DNA of 33,437 nucleotides from Octopus bimaculoides (Eukaryota): positions 45,297,653-45,331,089 of the forward strand of contig NC_068982.1 of the NCBI RefSeq assembly GCF_001194135.2, given 5' to 3'. Under the pieces are notes generated by a model. It saw only the letters and a program-made list of their open reading frames with translations. It searched no databases and was not told the origin of the DNA. The position numbers were made by a program, and so were the translations under genes. Positions 21,598 through 33,119 of the stretch are shown one piece after another (the stretch's first letter is position 1; each line of letters starts with the position of its first letter).

Positions 21598-22815
21598 TAG
21601 GGTGTCCCAAAATTAAGGAAACCAACTTTTTTCAATTTTGTCAAAGCAAAATATTGTAATATTTCGGGTCCGAGCGTAGCAATGCAATGCTAAAGGAAAC
21701 ACAATTATGGCACTACCGGTTTTATTCGATATGACCACCTGTGTTTCGAATCAAAGCCTTAAGTCTTCACACACGACACGCAGCCGTTCTTGCGTAATCG
21801 AAGCCCATTCCTGGCGGAGTTTTGTCAGAACGTCGAGCAAAGCATGAGACGTGCTCGAGACCCTCGTCTCCAAAATGGACCAAACAGAAAAATTCAACGG
21901 GTTGAGATCAAGGCTTCTTGAGGGCCATACATCTTTGCCTATGAACGACGGAATGTTTTCGTGAATCCAGTGTTGTGTCTGTTTGGAGCTGTGGGATGGT
22001 GCCGAGTCCTCTTGAAGGCTTTAAGTTGCGTCTTGAAAATGCTCATTCACCCATGGAAACAGCTCAGCTTCCAGAATGTCGCCAACGAATTGTTAGGTGT
22101 TAATTTTAACACCCGAGGGCACAAACACCCAAACCGTAATTGACTATAGATTTTGGCGTTGATTTGCGAGCAAGATGCACTCCAAAGTCGGTCATTTGAG
22201 TGATTTACTGTCTGTTCGATTTCAAATTTCTTTTCATCAATGAACACCAGGTTAGGCAGCGTGCCTTCAGCTATCTGACACAAGATAAGACGACTTTTCT
22301 CCAGTCTCATGGCCTTATAAACTTGAGTGAGCTCATGACAGTGAATCTTGTAGGGGTGGGTCCTGAGATCTTCCTTCAGTACTCGATACATCGATGTTCG
22401 GCTTATTTTTGCTGTGACAGCCAGTTTTCTGACGGACCGACGAGGATTTCGTCGTATCTTTTATCTGGTACTTTTGATAAAATGAGGCTCCACACACTTC
22501 TTTTTTTGGCCGCGTCCAGGTCGATCAGTGGTGGAACCAGTCTCTTGAAATTTCTTGACAATTTTCCAGACTGTTGTTCAGCTAATTTTAAGCTTTTTTG
22601 CTGTAGCTGTATTACTTTTGCCTCCTTTGTGGAGGGCTATGATTTTACTTCGGTCTATAGCCATTATCTAATTTATAAATCTGAATTCTTTTAGTCTGAA
22701 ACAAAAAGAAGACACACTAAGCTTTCATAATGATGCATAATTTTTATATCTTATCACATTTATAGATAGTTATTAAAACCCGAAACTTCGGTTGCCTTAA
22801 TTTCGGAACACCCTG
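21598..22815 (-). mobile_element. Tc1/mariner maT (DD37D) transposon, both TIRs, decayed transposase
   Basis: 26-bp TIRs TAGGGTGTCCCAAAATTAAGGAAACC / GGTTGCCTTAATTTCGGAACACCCTG (4 mismatches), with TA on the right flank. HTH ISRTTVWKIVKKFQETGS-like, VFIDEKKF, NDRLW, QEDSAPSH-x-SLDLNPLN (37-residue spacing, third D to N). Stops and a probable internal deletion. Confidence 0.9.
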
Positions 22816-22985
22816 TATATAACGAATGTATTGACGGCTAGTAATGAAAGATCCTGTAGTTTTCGTTAGACCTTCTTTCTAGAAGTTAAACTTCGTATAT
22901 AAAACTGAAGTGCATATCTGTCTGTCTATCTGCCAGTGTATCTATCTGTCTGTCTGTCCATCTCTCTGTCTGTTTATCCGTCTGA

Positions 22986-23023
<38 letters not shown>

Positions 23024-23344
23024 CCCCGTCTCTGTCTGACTGTCTGTCTGTCTAATGACTGAAAGAAGTAAATAACAAAGACTCCCCCCCCACCAAAAAA
23101 AACAAGCAAAAAACAAATTGAAGGAAAAAAAAAACCTGCTCTGTGTTTCCATATGTGCTTCTTCGTCTTTCGAACAATAGCGGTCAGTCGAAAGACACTT
23201 GCTCTATAGAACATGTTCTCTTCGTAGTTATCTCAACTGATATACTAGAATGCGTACAGTGTTCTAAATATTAGTTCTTTGCAATGCAATTTAAATCGCA
23301 CTGTATAATTATATGCTTGCGTGCACGTAAATTCTTCTTATTAT

Positions 23345-23458
23345 TTGCATTTCATCCTTTTGGGGTCAATAAATTAAGTACCAGTGAAACACTGGAGTCC
23401 ATGAACTCAACTAGTACCCCCCCCCCAAATTTCAGGCTTTGTGCCTTTAGTAGAAAGG
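23345..23458 (+). mobile_element. SINE family B, 3' part
   Basis: TTTCATCCTTTTGGGGTCAATAAATTAAGTACCAG...CAAATT..AGGC.TTGTGCCT, followed by an (ATT)n tail. Confidence 0.7.
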
Positions 23459-23485
23459 ATTATTACTATTATTATTATCATTATT

Positions 23486-23673
23486 AAGGCGAGCTGGCAG
23501 AATCGTTAGCACACCGGGCGAAATGATTAGTGATATTTCACCCGTCGCTACCCGTCGACATTGCCTTTCATCATTTCGGGTTCGATAAAATAAGCACTAG
23601 TTGAACACTGGGGTCGATGTAATCGACTTATCCCTTCCCACCAAATTGCTGCCCTTGTGGCAAAATTGGAAAC
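23486..23673 (+). mobile_element. SINE family B
   Basis: AAGGCGAGCTGGCAGAATCGTTAGC head, body and (ATT)n tail. Confidence 0.85.
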
Positions 23674-23854
23674 TATTATTATTATTATTATTATTTTATG
23701 TTTGACTTTTGCTTTGCATTTGTACAAGTTGGATCCAAGTCTCACCCAGAGACCTGAAGAGACAACAAGTTAGAAGTTCATGTAGGTGTTATGCTTAGGG
23801 TACCATATATTTGGATTTGTACATAGACATATTATTATTATTATTATTATTATT

Positions 23855-24057
23855 GCGGCGAGCTGGCAGAATCATTAGCATAACAGGGGAAATACTTAAC
23901 GGCACTTCGTCCGTCTTCACGTTCAAAGTTCAAATCCCGCCGAAGTCGACTTTGTCTTTCATCCTTTGGGGCTCGATAAAATAAAACCTTGAACATTGGT
24001 GGGGGTCAATGTAATCGACTTACACCTTTCCCCAAAATTGTGCCTATAGTAAAAAGG
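23855..24057 (+). mobile_element. SINE family B
   Basis: GCGGCGAGCTGGCAGAATC head, B box GTTCAAATCCC, (ATT)n tail. Confidence 0.85.
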
Positions 24058-24077
24058 ATGATTATTATTATTATTAT

Positions 24078-25212
24078 ATGAAAACTCAGAGCTTAATTTG
24101 CTGGGTATGATGGAAAATGTCAACTGTTCACAGCCAGCAGACTAAGGTGACAATTGTTTACTGGTCATGTTCCAAGAACCCTGCGAAGAATTCTTGCAGT
24201 TCCAAGCAATGATGATTTTTGTAGGTGTTCTACCTTCACACTTACACCGACATTTTTTAGCCATGTTGGTAGTTGAGTGCTGATACTTCAAGTAAAACAA
24301 TTACTATTGGTATTACGTCTACTCTCTTCATTGACCACAACATTCGTATTTCCCACTTTAAATCGTCATAGTTGTTTATTTTTTCTTTTTCTTTCACATT
24401 GATCCTTTTGTCACCGGAGCATGCTATGTCAATTATCATACACGTTCTTTCTTTTTTATTCACCACAACAATGTCCGGTTTCCGATGTCTGATCCGGTGA
24501 TCGCACTGGATCATTGCATCCCACAGGATTTTGCAATTCTCATTTTCGGTGACATCTGGAGTTTACTGATACCACGTCTTTGCTCTTTGTAGGCCGTGAT
24601 TTCCACAGAGCTCCCAATGTATCATTCTTACCACATTGTCAGAGCATCTTTTGTATTCGCGTTGTGCCAATTTCGGGCATTCGCTAACGATGTGCCAAAC
24701 CGTTTCACCCCTCTCACCACATATTCTGCATTTGTCATTATCGGTAGTGTTGTCTATTCTGCACTTCATATAGTTGGCTCTTAACGCTTGTTCCTGAGCT
24801 GCGCATATGAATGCTTCTGTCTCTATCTCCAGGCCATCCTTCCTCATCCATAACCACCGGTCCGCTGTATCTGTCTTGGCGTTTACATCGCTTGCAAACT
24901 GACTGTACATTTTCTTTTCCTTCCACACATTTTGTCTAGTTTTTGTTCATTTTTTGTTAAAACTTTTCTCTAGTTACACAACTTTCACTTTTGATGACGC
25001 CAGCCTTCGTGTTTCAACAGTGACTCCACGGCATTTTTTATATACCACCATAATCTGTTTTCGTCTCCTTCGATACTGTCCTGGCAACTGATCAAGCATC
25101 TTCCACTCTTTCTTCTGGACAAGTACAGCCTATCAGTGTCACTCTTAGGGTGAACTTTTTCATCCAAAATCCCTGTACCTCATCAGGTCCTGCTGCTTTC
25201 CCATTGCTTATC
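24078..25212 (-). mobile_element. R4/Dong-clade LINE 3' portion: CCHC knuckle and restriction-like endonuclease, RT deleted
   Basis: CRICGERGETVWHIVSEC; RKPDIVVVNKKERTCMIIDIAC (PD-D motif); LLGTARILRRVL*; 3' UTR ends at (TAA)n. At the 5' side, KAAGPDEVQGFWMKKF is fused to HPKSDTDRLY. Confidence 0.9.
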
Positions 25213-25214
25213 TT

Positions 25215-25520
25215 TTGACTATCTCCGCTTATGGCAGAGGTAAAGACAATGGACCGCATCCCCTTTGGGATGTTTTTTTTTGGTTTCTTTATATCAGGAA
25301 CCCACTATATCGAGCCCGAAGATTCCGAATCTGCCAAAAAAATCTGCATTTCAAAATTTTAAGCCCCCATAACCCCGTCCCCCATTTCTTAAATTTTCAC
25401 TTTTAAAAATACTTTTAATGGGTTTCTCGCTCATAAGGGGTATCTTCAGACCCCAAACACTGCTGGCCTGAGACCTTTTTAAAATATAGAGGGGGAAAAG
25501 CCTCGTTTTTAAAGGTAAAA
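25215..25520 (+). mobile_element. Helentron-like non-autonomous element
   Basis: Starts with hairpin CTCCGC-TTATG-GCAGAGGTA like 6696-6722; body resembles 12240-12295. Confidence 0.45.
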
Positions 25521-26964
25521 CCCTATGTGATTATCTCTGTTTGCTATTGTCCATCAATCTTCGGCCGCGCTGTCATCTTGCAGTCACAAAAGCACCACGA
25601 AGGTAAACGATTGTCTCCCTTCGGCCTTGGCTATTGGTTTCCGGCTGTAGTGCCACCCTGCAGATTCCCAAAAGCCAGCAGGAATTTTCTGTATAGACAG
25701 TCAATGTATTGTATATCCGAAAAAGAGAACACTCTAAAGCATCCCCAAACGCTTTAGCCTCGCAGACGTCTCGTCAGACTCTAAAACCGAAGACTTTATA
25801 TATATATGAATGATGAATTCTCTCGTCGTGAACGACAAATGAGTGTAAGGTAAAATAAAGCGGTAATCATGTTCTATGGACACACATGTACCTCTTAAGG
25901 CCTGTTGGTGCCTTGCAAACTTTTTAGCAAATGGAACAAGTTGAGGACTCAGTTTATTCGAGTGCTTGTGGATCATTTACTACGTATTTGCTTGAGTGAA
26001 CGGCAAGGCCTGCTTTGCTCCGTGTCACAAAACCACAATGACAGGTAAGGTTTTCACTTAGAGGGGCAGTGTTTTGCCAGCATGCCTTCATGCTTGCACG
26101 AAGTTGTGTGTATGCATGTATGTATATATGTAAACTTTGCTTTTAAACCTTTCGATGTCGGAAAAGCAAGGCAAAATAATTAGCCGAGTGCTGGTGTAAT
26201 CTTTTCATCTTCCTGTCACATCTTGGATGTTTCACTAAGTGAGAAGGCGAAGTGGGTGCCTGTATTTTGCTCGGACCAAATGGGGTCCTCAAAAGAATTA
26301 GTGAAATCATGGTAGATACCATACTAAGCGGTGGTGTAGCGTAGATTTTGGCCTTTCCCTGTTTGGTAGCCAAAACTGACCTCCCACTCACTTCCTTACA
26401 CGTTACACACCTTCTATCAAAGCAATCGTCATCACCAACCCTCAAGTGGCCACCCTGCGCCTACCCGACATACTCACACGCTATAGTGGTGCTGCTACCC
26501 CACGCTATACTACTGCTGCTAAAGTGTAATCGCTTGTAAGTGAAAAGTGTAGTTTTTTTTCTTTTTCTTTTTCTCATGTACGGAGGAGAACATGTTGCGA
26601 AAAAATATCAATGAAACAGAGAAGTTAATTTTGATGGATTATTTTTGACGTGGAGGAGGATAGAAAGAATGAAGTGATTATGCATAACGACGACATTGTG
26701 AGAGGAGGAGGAGGAGGAGGAGGATATTCTATGCTATGAGTTTGTTTTGACGGAATTACAGTCGTAAAAGGAAAATGAATATGTGTATAAATGGTGTCAG
26801 GGATGTATTTACTGTGGTATGTATGTAAATGCATACATACATACATACATAAGCACCGGAAAATATGAAACTCAGAGCTGTTTGCATTTAATGAGACCAT
26901 ATCTCAATGTTTTTGCAGTACCACTGCTACTATCAACATTTGGGATATTGGACAGAACACCAGA

Positions 26965-28200
26965 TGAGATACGCAAAAAGGTACTGACCACCACTGGCAA
27001 CTTCCACATTAACAGCAACACCGATAGGATTTACGTGAGACGAAGCGATGGCGGTAGAGGCATAAAGTCTGTACGAATAGCATTTGAATGTCGCATTGTA
27101 TCACTCAGACAACACCTGCTGTACAGTACAGAAAGAAACGAGTACATTCCATGCATACTCAAAAGTGAGAGCAGCATCTCCAGAGTTGGAGAACTACTGT
27201 GCAGGTACTCCGAGAATACAACTGTCTCATGCGACCCAAAGGTGATTGGGCTGGCTTAACTGAACAGAAGCTTGAAGAAGAAGCAGGCATCATTCCAAAA
27301 ATAAAGCAATGCATGAGTGCATATCCCGTAAGCTAGAGGGTAACAACAGCGTTGACAGGAAGAGTAGCCTCTTCTGGACCTGCGATAGATAGATTTCATC
27401 CCACCTAGAAGAATATACCTTCGCTATCTAGGAATAGGAGATAGCTAATAAATACCCAATAAACAAGAGGGGAAAAATACCTCTAGATCTTCATGTTGTG
27501 ATAAAAAGATGTCGGCTCTGCTACGCCAGTGTTGAAGATATCACCCACATCATCATCAGCTTCTCCACAATGTCTACGAAATATTACCTGCCTTTGAGGC
27601 ATGATATAGTTGAAAAAAAAAAATTACAATGCTATCCACAGGAAGGACTGTTTTAGCGTATACATCAGAACCAGCAGGTATTCACACCTTTAAAAACAAG
27701 GAATACTGGTCGAACATCCCAATAAAAACAACAATTAGGTGCAAACATAACAGACTTGATATTGTTCTGTGAGACGGGAAACAAGTCATGCATTGTTGCA
27801 GAGGTCAGCTACCCAGCACATATGAATGTACAATCAAAAGTCCAGGAAAAAGAGAATATTAATGCGGAATTTCCAGCTCTAGTACAGTGACTATGGATTC
27901 TCATTTGTACCTATTATTATAGGTGCATTAAGTTATGTATCAACAATTTTGTACAAGAACGTGGAAATACTCGGTTTCACATAAAAGGAGCAAACAAAAC
28001 TGATACGGATTCTCCGAATCCAATCTATTAGTGGCACAATGAAGATTTGTAAGACATTCCAAAAATTCTCCATTTGAGATTCTTATGTGAATAGATGCAC
28101 ACACATGCGTATGTGCATCGACCGTTCAGCCAACACACCAACTCAACAACATATTTACAAATACCGGGAACTCTCTTAACTCAATGGAGTCTTGTTGCTT
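26965..28200 (+). pseudogene. R4/Dong-clade LINE 3' fragment, second family, heavily decayed
   Basis: LTTTGNFHINSNTDRIYVRRSDGGRGIKSV; CRLCYASVEDITHII; RHDIV; KHNRLDIVL; many stops and frameshifts. Confidence 0.8.
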
Positions 28201-28294
28201 TGTTAGCAACCAGGTTGAATTCTCTCAAGAATAACTTAAATTAAACTCAAAGAAAAATTACATATGTACACGTGCACACACGCTCACTCATTCT

Positions 28295-28351
28295 AGGTGC
28301 AGGCGTGGCTATGTGGTAAGAAGTTTGCTTATCAACCACATGGTTACAGGT
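28295..28351 (+). mobile_element. SINE family A head, broken at B box
   Basis: AGGTGCAGGCGTGGCTATGTGGTAAG...AACCACATGGTTACAGGTTT, then an abrupt switch to LINE sequence. Confidence 0.8.
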
Positions 28352-29522
28352 TTACTCGAGTAATTCGTGCCCCTGTTCATCTACCAGAGACCGAATGGTG
28401 GCTTTGTTGCCCTGTTGCGCCTCCGCCACCCAGGCGTCTCGCGCGGCTCCAACACATTCGTTCATTAGAGCACACATCCTAGACCTGACTACACATCCTT
28501 CGTGTTTGGCGTTGAAGTGTTGGTCGAGTGCCAACCTTGCCGCCAAAACGTCGGATGCGATGCCACTTCTAATCGCTTCTTTTAGCTTCTTAACTTGGTC
28601 ACCCTCTACTCTGTTTCTATCTATCACTAGTGCTTTGCTATAGCTAATCGCTTCTGCTTTTATTGCTCTCGAGAGCAAACCACCATTTGTTGTTGATGAT
28701 GGCTCCCGTCAAAGCCCTCTTTACTAGCGTGCTAATCCGGTCTCTGAAAACTTGTCTCGACGGGAAAGACGCGTTTAGTTTCCAGTAACCAGAACCCTGT
28801 CTATGTGTCACATCTAAGTCTAGCGTACACGTCACAAGTTTGTGATCCGTGTAGCTGACTATGTGGAATTGTGGGCACCCTACGCTATCTCTATCTACTG
28901 TCCTGCACAGTATCCCATCTAGATACGATTTCGACGACCCGATACAGTTGTTCCATGTCCACGTTGGCGCATTCGGGTGGTCGAGTCGGTACCTGTCAGA
29001 CAGTTGAAAGCGTCTGAGCAGGTCTCTGAGGCATTTACATCCCCGTCTATTCCTATCTCTGCCCACTTATTCTAGATGCGTGTCCAAGGTAGCATAACAA
29101 TTCCCCACTAAAAGTAAAGGACGAGACCTTCCTAGGAATACTTCTAGACATCGAAAGAAATCCGACCGACCTGTTAAAGGCGGTGCGTAGACTGATACGA
29201 GTCGAAAAGCGCACCCATTGCTACTATCGACATTCAGGACAACCAGTCTACCCTCCGGGTCTACGAATATTGTCTTTACTTCGAGAGCCAGACTCTTCCG
29301 AAAAAGTACTGCTGTGCCACTACCGCCAATTCTCGACATAGAGGAAGAAAAATAAATGTTAAACTGTCCGCCAAACATGGACTTTAGGGCTCGTGGATTA
29401 TGGAGTCTGGTCTCACTTATGGCTATGATTTCTAATTCATGTGACTTTATGTCGTTTAAGAGGTACCCTTGTTTCCAAGGGGACCCCAATCCACGCGCAT
29501 TCACACAACCAATCTTGATCAT
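28352..29522 (-). pseudogene. Tx1/L1-clade LINE ORF2, APE endonuclease and linker; RT absent
   Basis: CVNARGL, ISETRL, VYAP, SYLDGIL, YTDHKLV and GSGYWKLNAS motifs. In-frame stop at 29067-29069 and a frameshift near 28680. Confidence 0.92.
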
Positions 29523-29574
29523 AATCCTAATGATGTGTGTGTTCAAACACTAACGATAGGAACAGAGAGTCATT

Positions 29575-31177
29575 TACCGTTCGAAAGTTTTTGTGTCTCC
29601 TCCTTTGGTTTTTTCCTCGAGGAGATCACTATAAAATTTTTTTGGAAGAGTACTTCTGGCATCTTCCAACCGTATCGGGGTAAATGGATTTTAGTGTGTG
29701 GTGTAGGGTTGGTGTGATGTGCAATATTTTAATGTGTTCTGGTGGTGTTGTGTGGGTGGTTGCTTGTTTTTATGCCTTTGTGTGTCAGGTTTGTTTTTGT
29801 ATTCCATCAACTCTATATTTTTCATGTTGATGGCAGTGAGCATTGTATGTGTGTTTGTTTTTGAAGTGTTGTTGTTGTTGGTGTTGTGTGTGCTAGTGTT
29901 GGTGTTCGAAAAGTTTTGGGGAGTTGTGTATATCCCTGCTTTGTTTGCGTTTGGTTTGGTTCTTTTTTTACTCCTCTTCCTCCTTCCTTTTCTTGCTATT
30001 TGCCATTCCTCACTGCTTTCGTCTTCTGACGAAATTTCTGTGGAATCGGAAGGGGGTAGGGCATTCTGTAAGCTTCTATGTGTGTTTATGTAAGTGGTTG
30101 TGTTGTTGTTTTCGTTGATGTTGGTTGTTGACTGTTTGTGTGTGGTGTATGTGATGTAGGGGAAGGGAAATCAGTTTTTGTATTATCTTTTGGTTTTTCT
30201 GTTTCTTTAGTGGTGGTTATTGTTGTTTTTTTGTGGCAGTCAGACAATCGTTTTTCAAATGTGTTTCACTGTTGCACAGATAACAACGTGACCGCCTGCC
30301 CTCCACCACTACATACAGTTTGTGGCCTTCTGTCAATTCTATGGAGGTGGGTATTTTATTAATTGATGACTGATCAATCTGCAAAAGAATATCACCCAAT
30401 TTTGTTGTTCTAAAATAGCAATTTCTAGGATGTTTATTTTCTCCATCTCGAAACAGATGGCAGATAATTATGTCTCGATTTCCGGAGGCACATTTTGTAT
30501 TGTGACTTTTGTCACTCTCTGGCCTAGATACGTTGGTATCATCACTAACCCATCCGTGTTGAGGGGTCACTGTAGAGAAACGTTTGGCCAGATTTTCGTC
30601 CTGGAATCGGACTTAGACGGTGCCGTATTTGTGCCACCAGTTCACATATTCCTTGTGTGGCCAAACGGAACGAAGGCATTTTTCTATTTTTTGTTGTGGT
30701 GCTTGCTTTGGTCTTTTTGTTTCCATGTCGATAATTTTATAGATGATCGTTCTTTTCTGTGTGTTTTCTAGGATGTTTTTTTGGGATGTGGAGGTGTAAA
30801 TTGTCTCGTTGCGCAGTGAATTTGACTATGGTTCTTTTTTGTTTTATTGCTTCAGCAAAATTTGTTTTGTCCTTGGTGGTGGTGGTGGTGTCGTCGGTGG
30901 CAGAAGAGGCAGTTGTAGCAGTAGAAGTTGTTGTAGTAGTGGTGTTGGTGTTGACGGCAGAGTTGATGTCTTTGGTGGCGGTGATGGTGGATGGTCTTGC
31001 GGCATTAGTTTTGTTGTTGTTGTTGTTGTTGGTGGTGGTGGTGACAGCGACGTTCAAGCTATCAGGTTCACCAGCTAATGGTAGCGGTAAGCTAGGGAAG
31101 TTTTCTTCTGTTGTTTTCAGCGCCTCGCTAGCGTTCCGCATGACATGCGCGCTGGCCTCGTGGTTTCCAGTCGCCAT
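29575..31177 (-). pseudogene. Tx1/L1-clade LINE ORF1 (gag-like, zinc knuckle), disrupted
   Basis: T/N-rich N-terminus, FAEAIK, LYVVVEGRRSRCYLCNSETHLKNDC (CX2CX4HX4C), K/T-rich C-terminus ending just before ORF2; stops and frameshifts. Confidence 0.8.
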
Positions 31178-31402
31178 TTTCGAAATGAAAAATGGCTAAA
31201 ATGAATCCACGAAAGCCTTCAAAATTTTGGAAATTTCGCCCTCCTAGGGGCAAAATTCTATGTAAATATTTATCATGTTTTGAAGTGAATGTTGTTGCAC
31301 AACTTTTAAACACAAAATATTCGACAATAAAACTTTTAAACATGCAAAAATAGCCAACTTACGTGGAGCCCATTTGACTAGCGTCCGTCTAGAAGATAGA
31401 TA

Positions 31403-31664
31403 CATTTCTTTTATTAGCCACACAGGGCTCAACGNNNNNNNNNNAAATTGGTGGTGTCGATCAAAAGGGATTGTAGGAAGGGAAAAATGGGCAGTTCGAT
31501 CAAAAGGGATCGAAAAAAAAAGAAAAGGAAAGGCCGATCAATAGGGATCGTGTATCACACAGTAATGTTCTCGTGTAAAAAGAGGGGAGGACAGTTTAGG
31601 TTTAGCCGTGGAAGGAAAAGCCCACGGAAAAGACCACGGTAACCTTGGTCAATATTCTCAATAT
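31403..31664 (-). mobile_element. 5'-truncated LINE 3' UTR with 15-bp TSD
   Basis: Minus strand ends GCCCTGTGTGGCTAATAAAAGAAATG; flanked by TCTAGAAGATAGATA at 31388-31402 and 31665-31679. Confidence 0.7.
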
Positions 31665-31919
31665 TCTAGAAGATAGATAAATAGATAGATAGATAGATAG
31701 ATGTAATATACACAAAATGTTGTATATTACATCTTCTACATTAAGATATTTGTGAATATGAATCGGATGGAATCACTGGAAATGTGGTGTGATAAGTATA
31801 AGCAATTGTCGGAAAGGAGAAAGACTACCACGTGAATAAAACTAGCGATGGAATATTTAATACTAGCATATCAGAAAAGTTCATTAACTGAGAAAATGTA
31901 ACCGTTTCTAATTAAGGCA

Positions 31920-32270
31920 CAATACCAGCAGTTTTGATGCTGGTACTTTATTTTATAGACTCCAAAAGGATCAAGTACAAAATTGACCTTGGCAGGATTA
32001 GAACTGTGAAAGTGAAGATCCAGAAGAAATACCGCTGAGCATATATATAGTTCGACGCTCTAACGACTCCATCAATAGCGTAGCAAGAGTGTTGTCACGC
32101 GGAGGAAACAACCCTTGAGATGGTTTACCGTTTCCACGGAGGTTCCCGAGCCTATGCAGGCTTATACAGCAGACCCCCAAAATGCCGACCCCTTAAAAGC
32201 GTTGCTCGGGCGGGACCACACTCTCACCGCTCACCAGCTACGTTACTAGGCTCCATCAACTCACTACCCT
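31920..32270 (-). mobile_element. SINE family B (diverged), interrupted by MITE
   Basis: Minus strand GAGTCGTTAGAGCG...AGTTCTAATCCTGCCAAGGTCAATTTTG..CTTGATCCTTTTGGAGTCTATAAAATAAAGTACCAG. Confidence 0.6.
32073..32248. mobile_element. hAT-type MITE
   Basis: TIRs CAATAGCGTAGC / GCTACGTTACTA; TSD GACTCCAT / GGCTCCAT (7/8). Confidence 0.75.
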
Positions 32271-32751
32271 CATTTAATAAATATTGTAATAAACTACCTT
32301 AAATTTGCCGACTCGTCCTAAGATGAAAAAATTAACGGTGTATTTAGAAAAGATTTTCACGTCAGTAAACTAATCTTTAAGGACACAAATAGGTTTAGAG
32401 TTATTGTTGAGGTTCAATGGACTAAAATTTACTTTTTAAAGTGTGGTAGGAATGTGAAATGATGAGTAAGCTGTGGTAATTCCAGTCAAGTAATTATTTA
32501 AAATATATAAATGCTACAAGAACTATGTAGGTTAATGATAAAGGAAGTAAGATACAAAGTAATATATGGCTATTAACTGACACACACACACACACATGTA
32601 CGTGCGTATGTATATACTACCCAGAGTCAGACAAACAATAACACGTGCTTCAAATTTTACATTTCTCAATTGTGTTATTTTAACCTATCCATCCATCCAT
32701 ACATGCGCGTTTACTCCCCCTCACACAGACACAGACACAGACACACACAAA

Positions 32752-33102
32752 TTGTTTCCCAACCACATGCTTCCGGGTTCAGTACGCTTCGTGGAACCTT
32801 GAGCAAGTGTCTTCTGCTATGACATCCGGCCGGCCAAAGCTTTGTGAGTAAATTTGGTAGACGGAAACTGAAAGAAACATGTCCTTTATATATACGTATG
32901 TCTATGTTTGTGCATGTCTCTGTGCCTATGTTTGTCTCCCATAATTGCCTCACAACCGGTGTCGGTGTGTTTATCTCCCGTAACTTAGCGGTTTTTATGT
33001 ACCAGGCTTAAAAAAAAGTACTAGGGTCGATTTATTCGAGTAAAATTTTTCAAATTGGTACCCTAGTATGACTACAATCTAATGACTGAAATAAGTACAA
33101 AA
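32752..33102 (+). mobile_element. SINE family A, diverged, 5'-clipped
   Basis: Colinear with 33150-33437 and with the tail at 4375-4540. Confidence 0.85.
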
Positions 33103-33119
33103 TGTTATATATATATATA

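Noticed and set aside
26143-26539. ORFs of 100 aa (-) and 63 aa (+)
   Set aside because: No recognisable motifs, splice signals or homology to other parts of the window.
30759-31199. Hydrophobic Val-rich plus-strand ORF
   Set aside because: Antisense shadow of the T/N-rich N-terminus of Tx1 ORF1.
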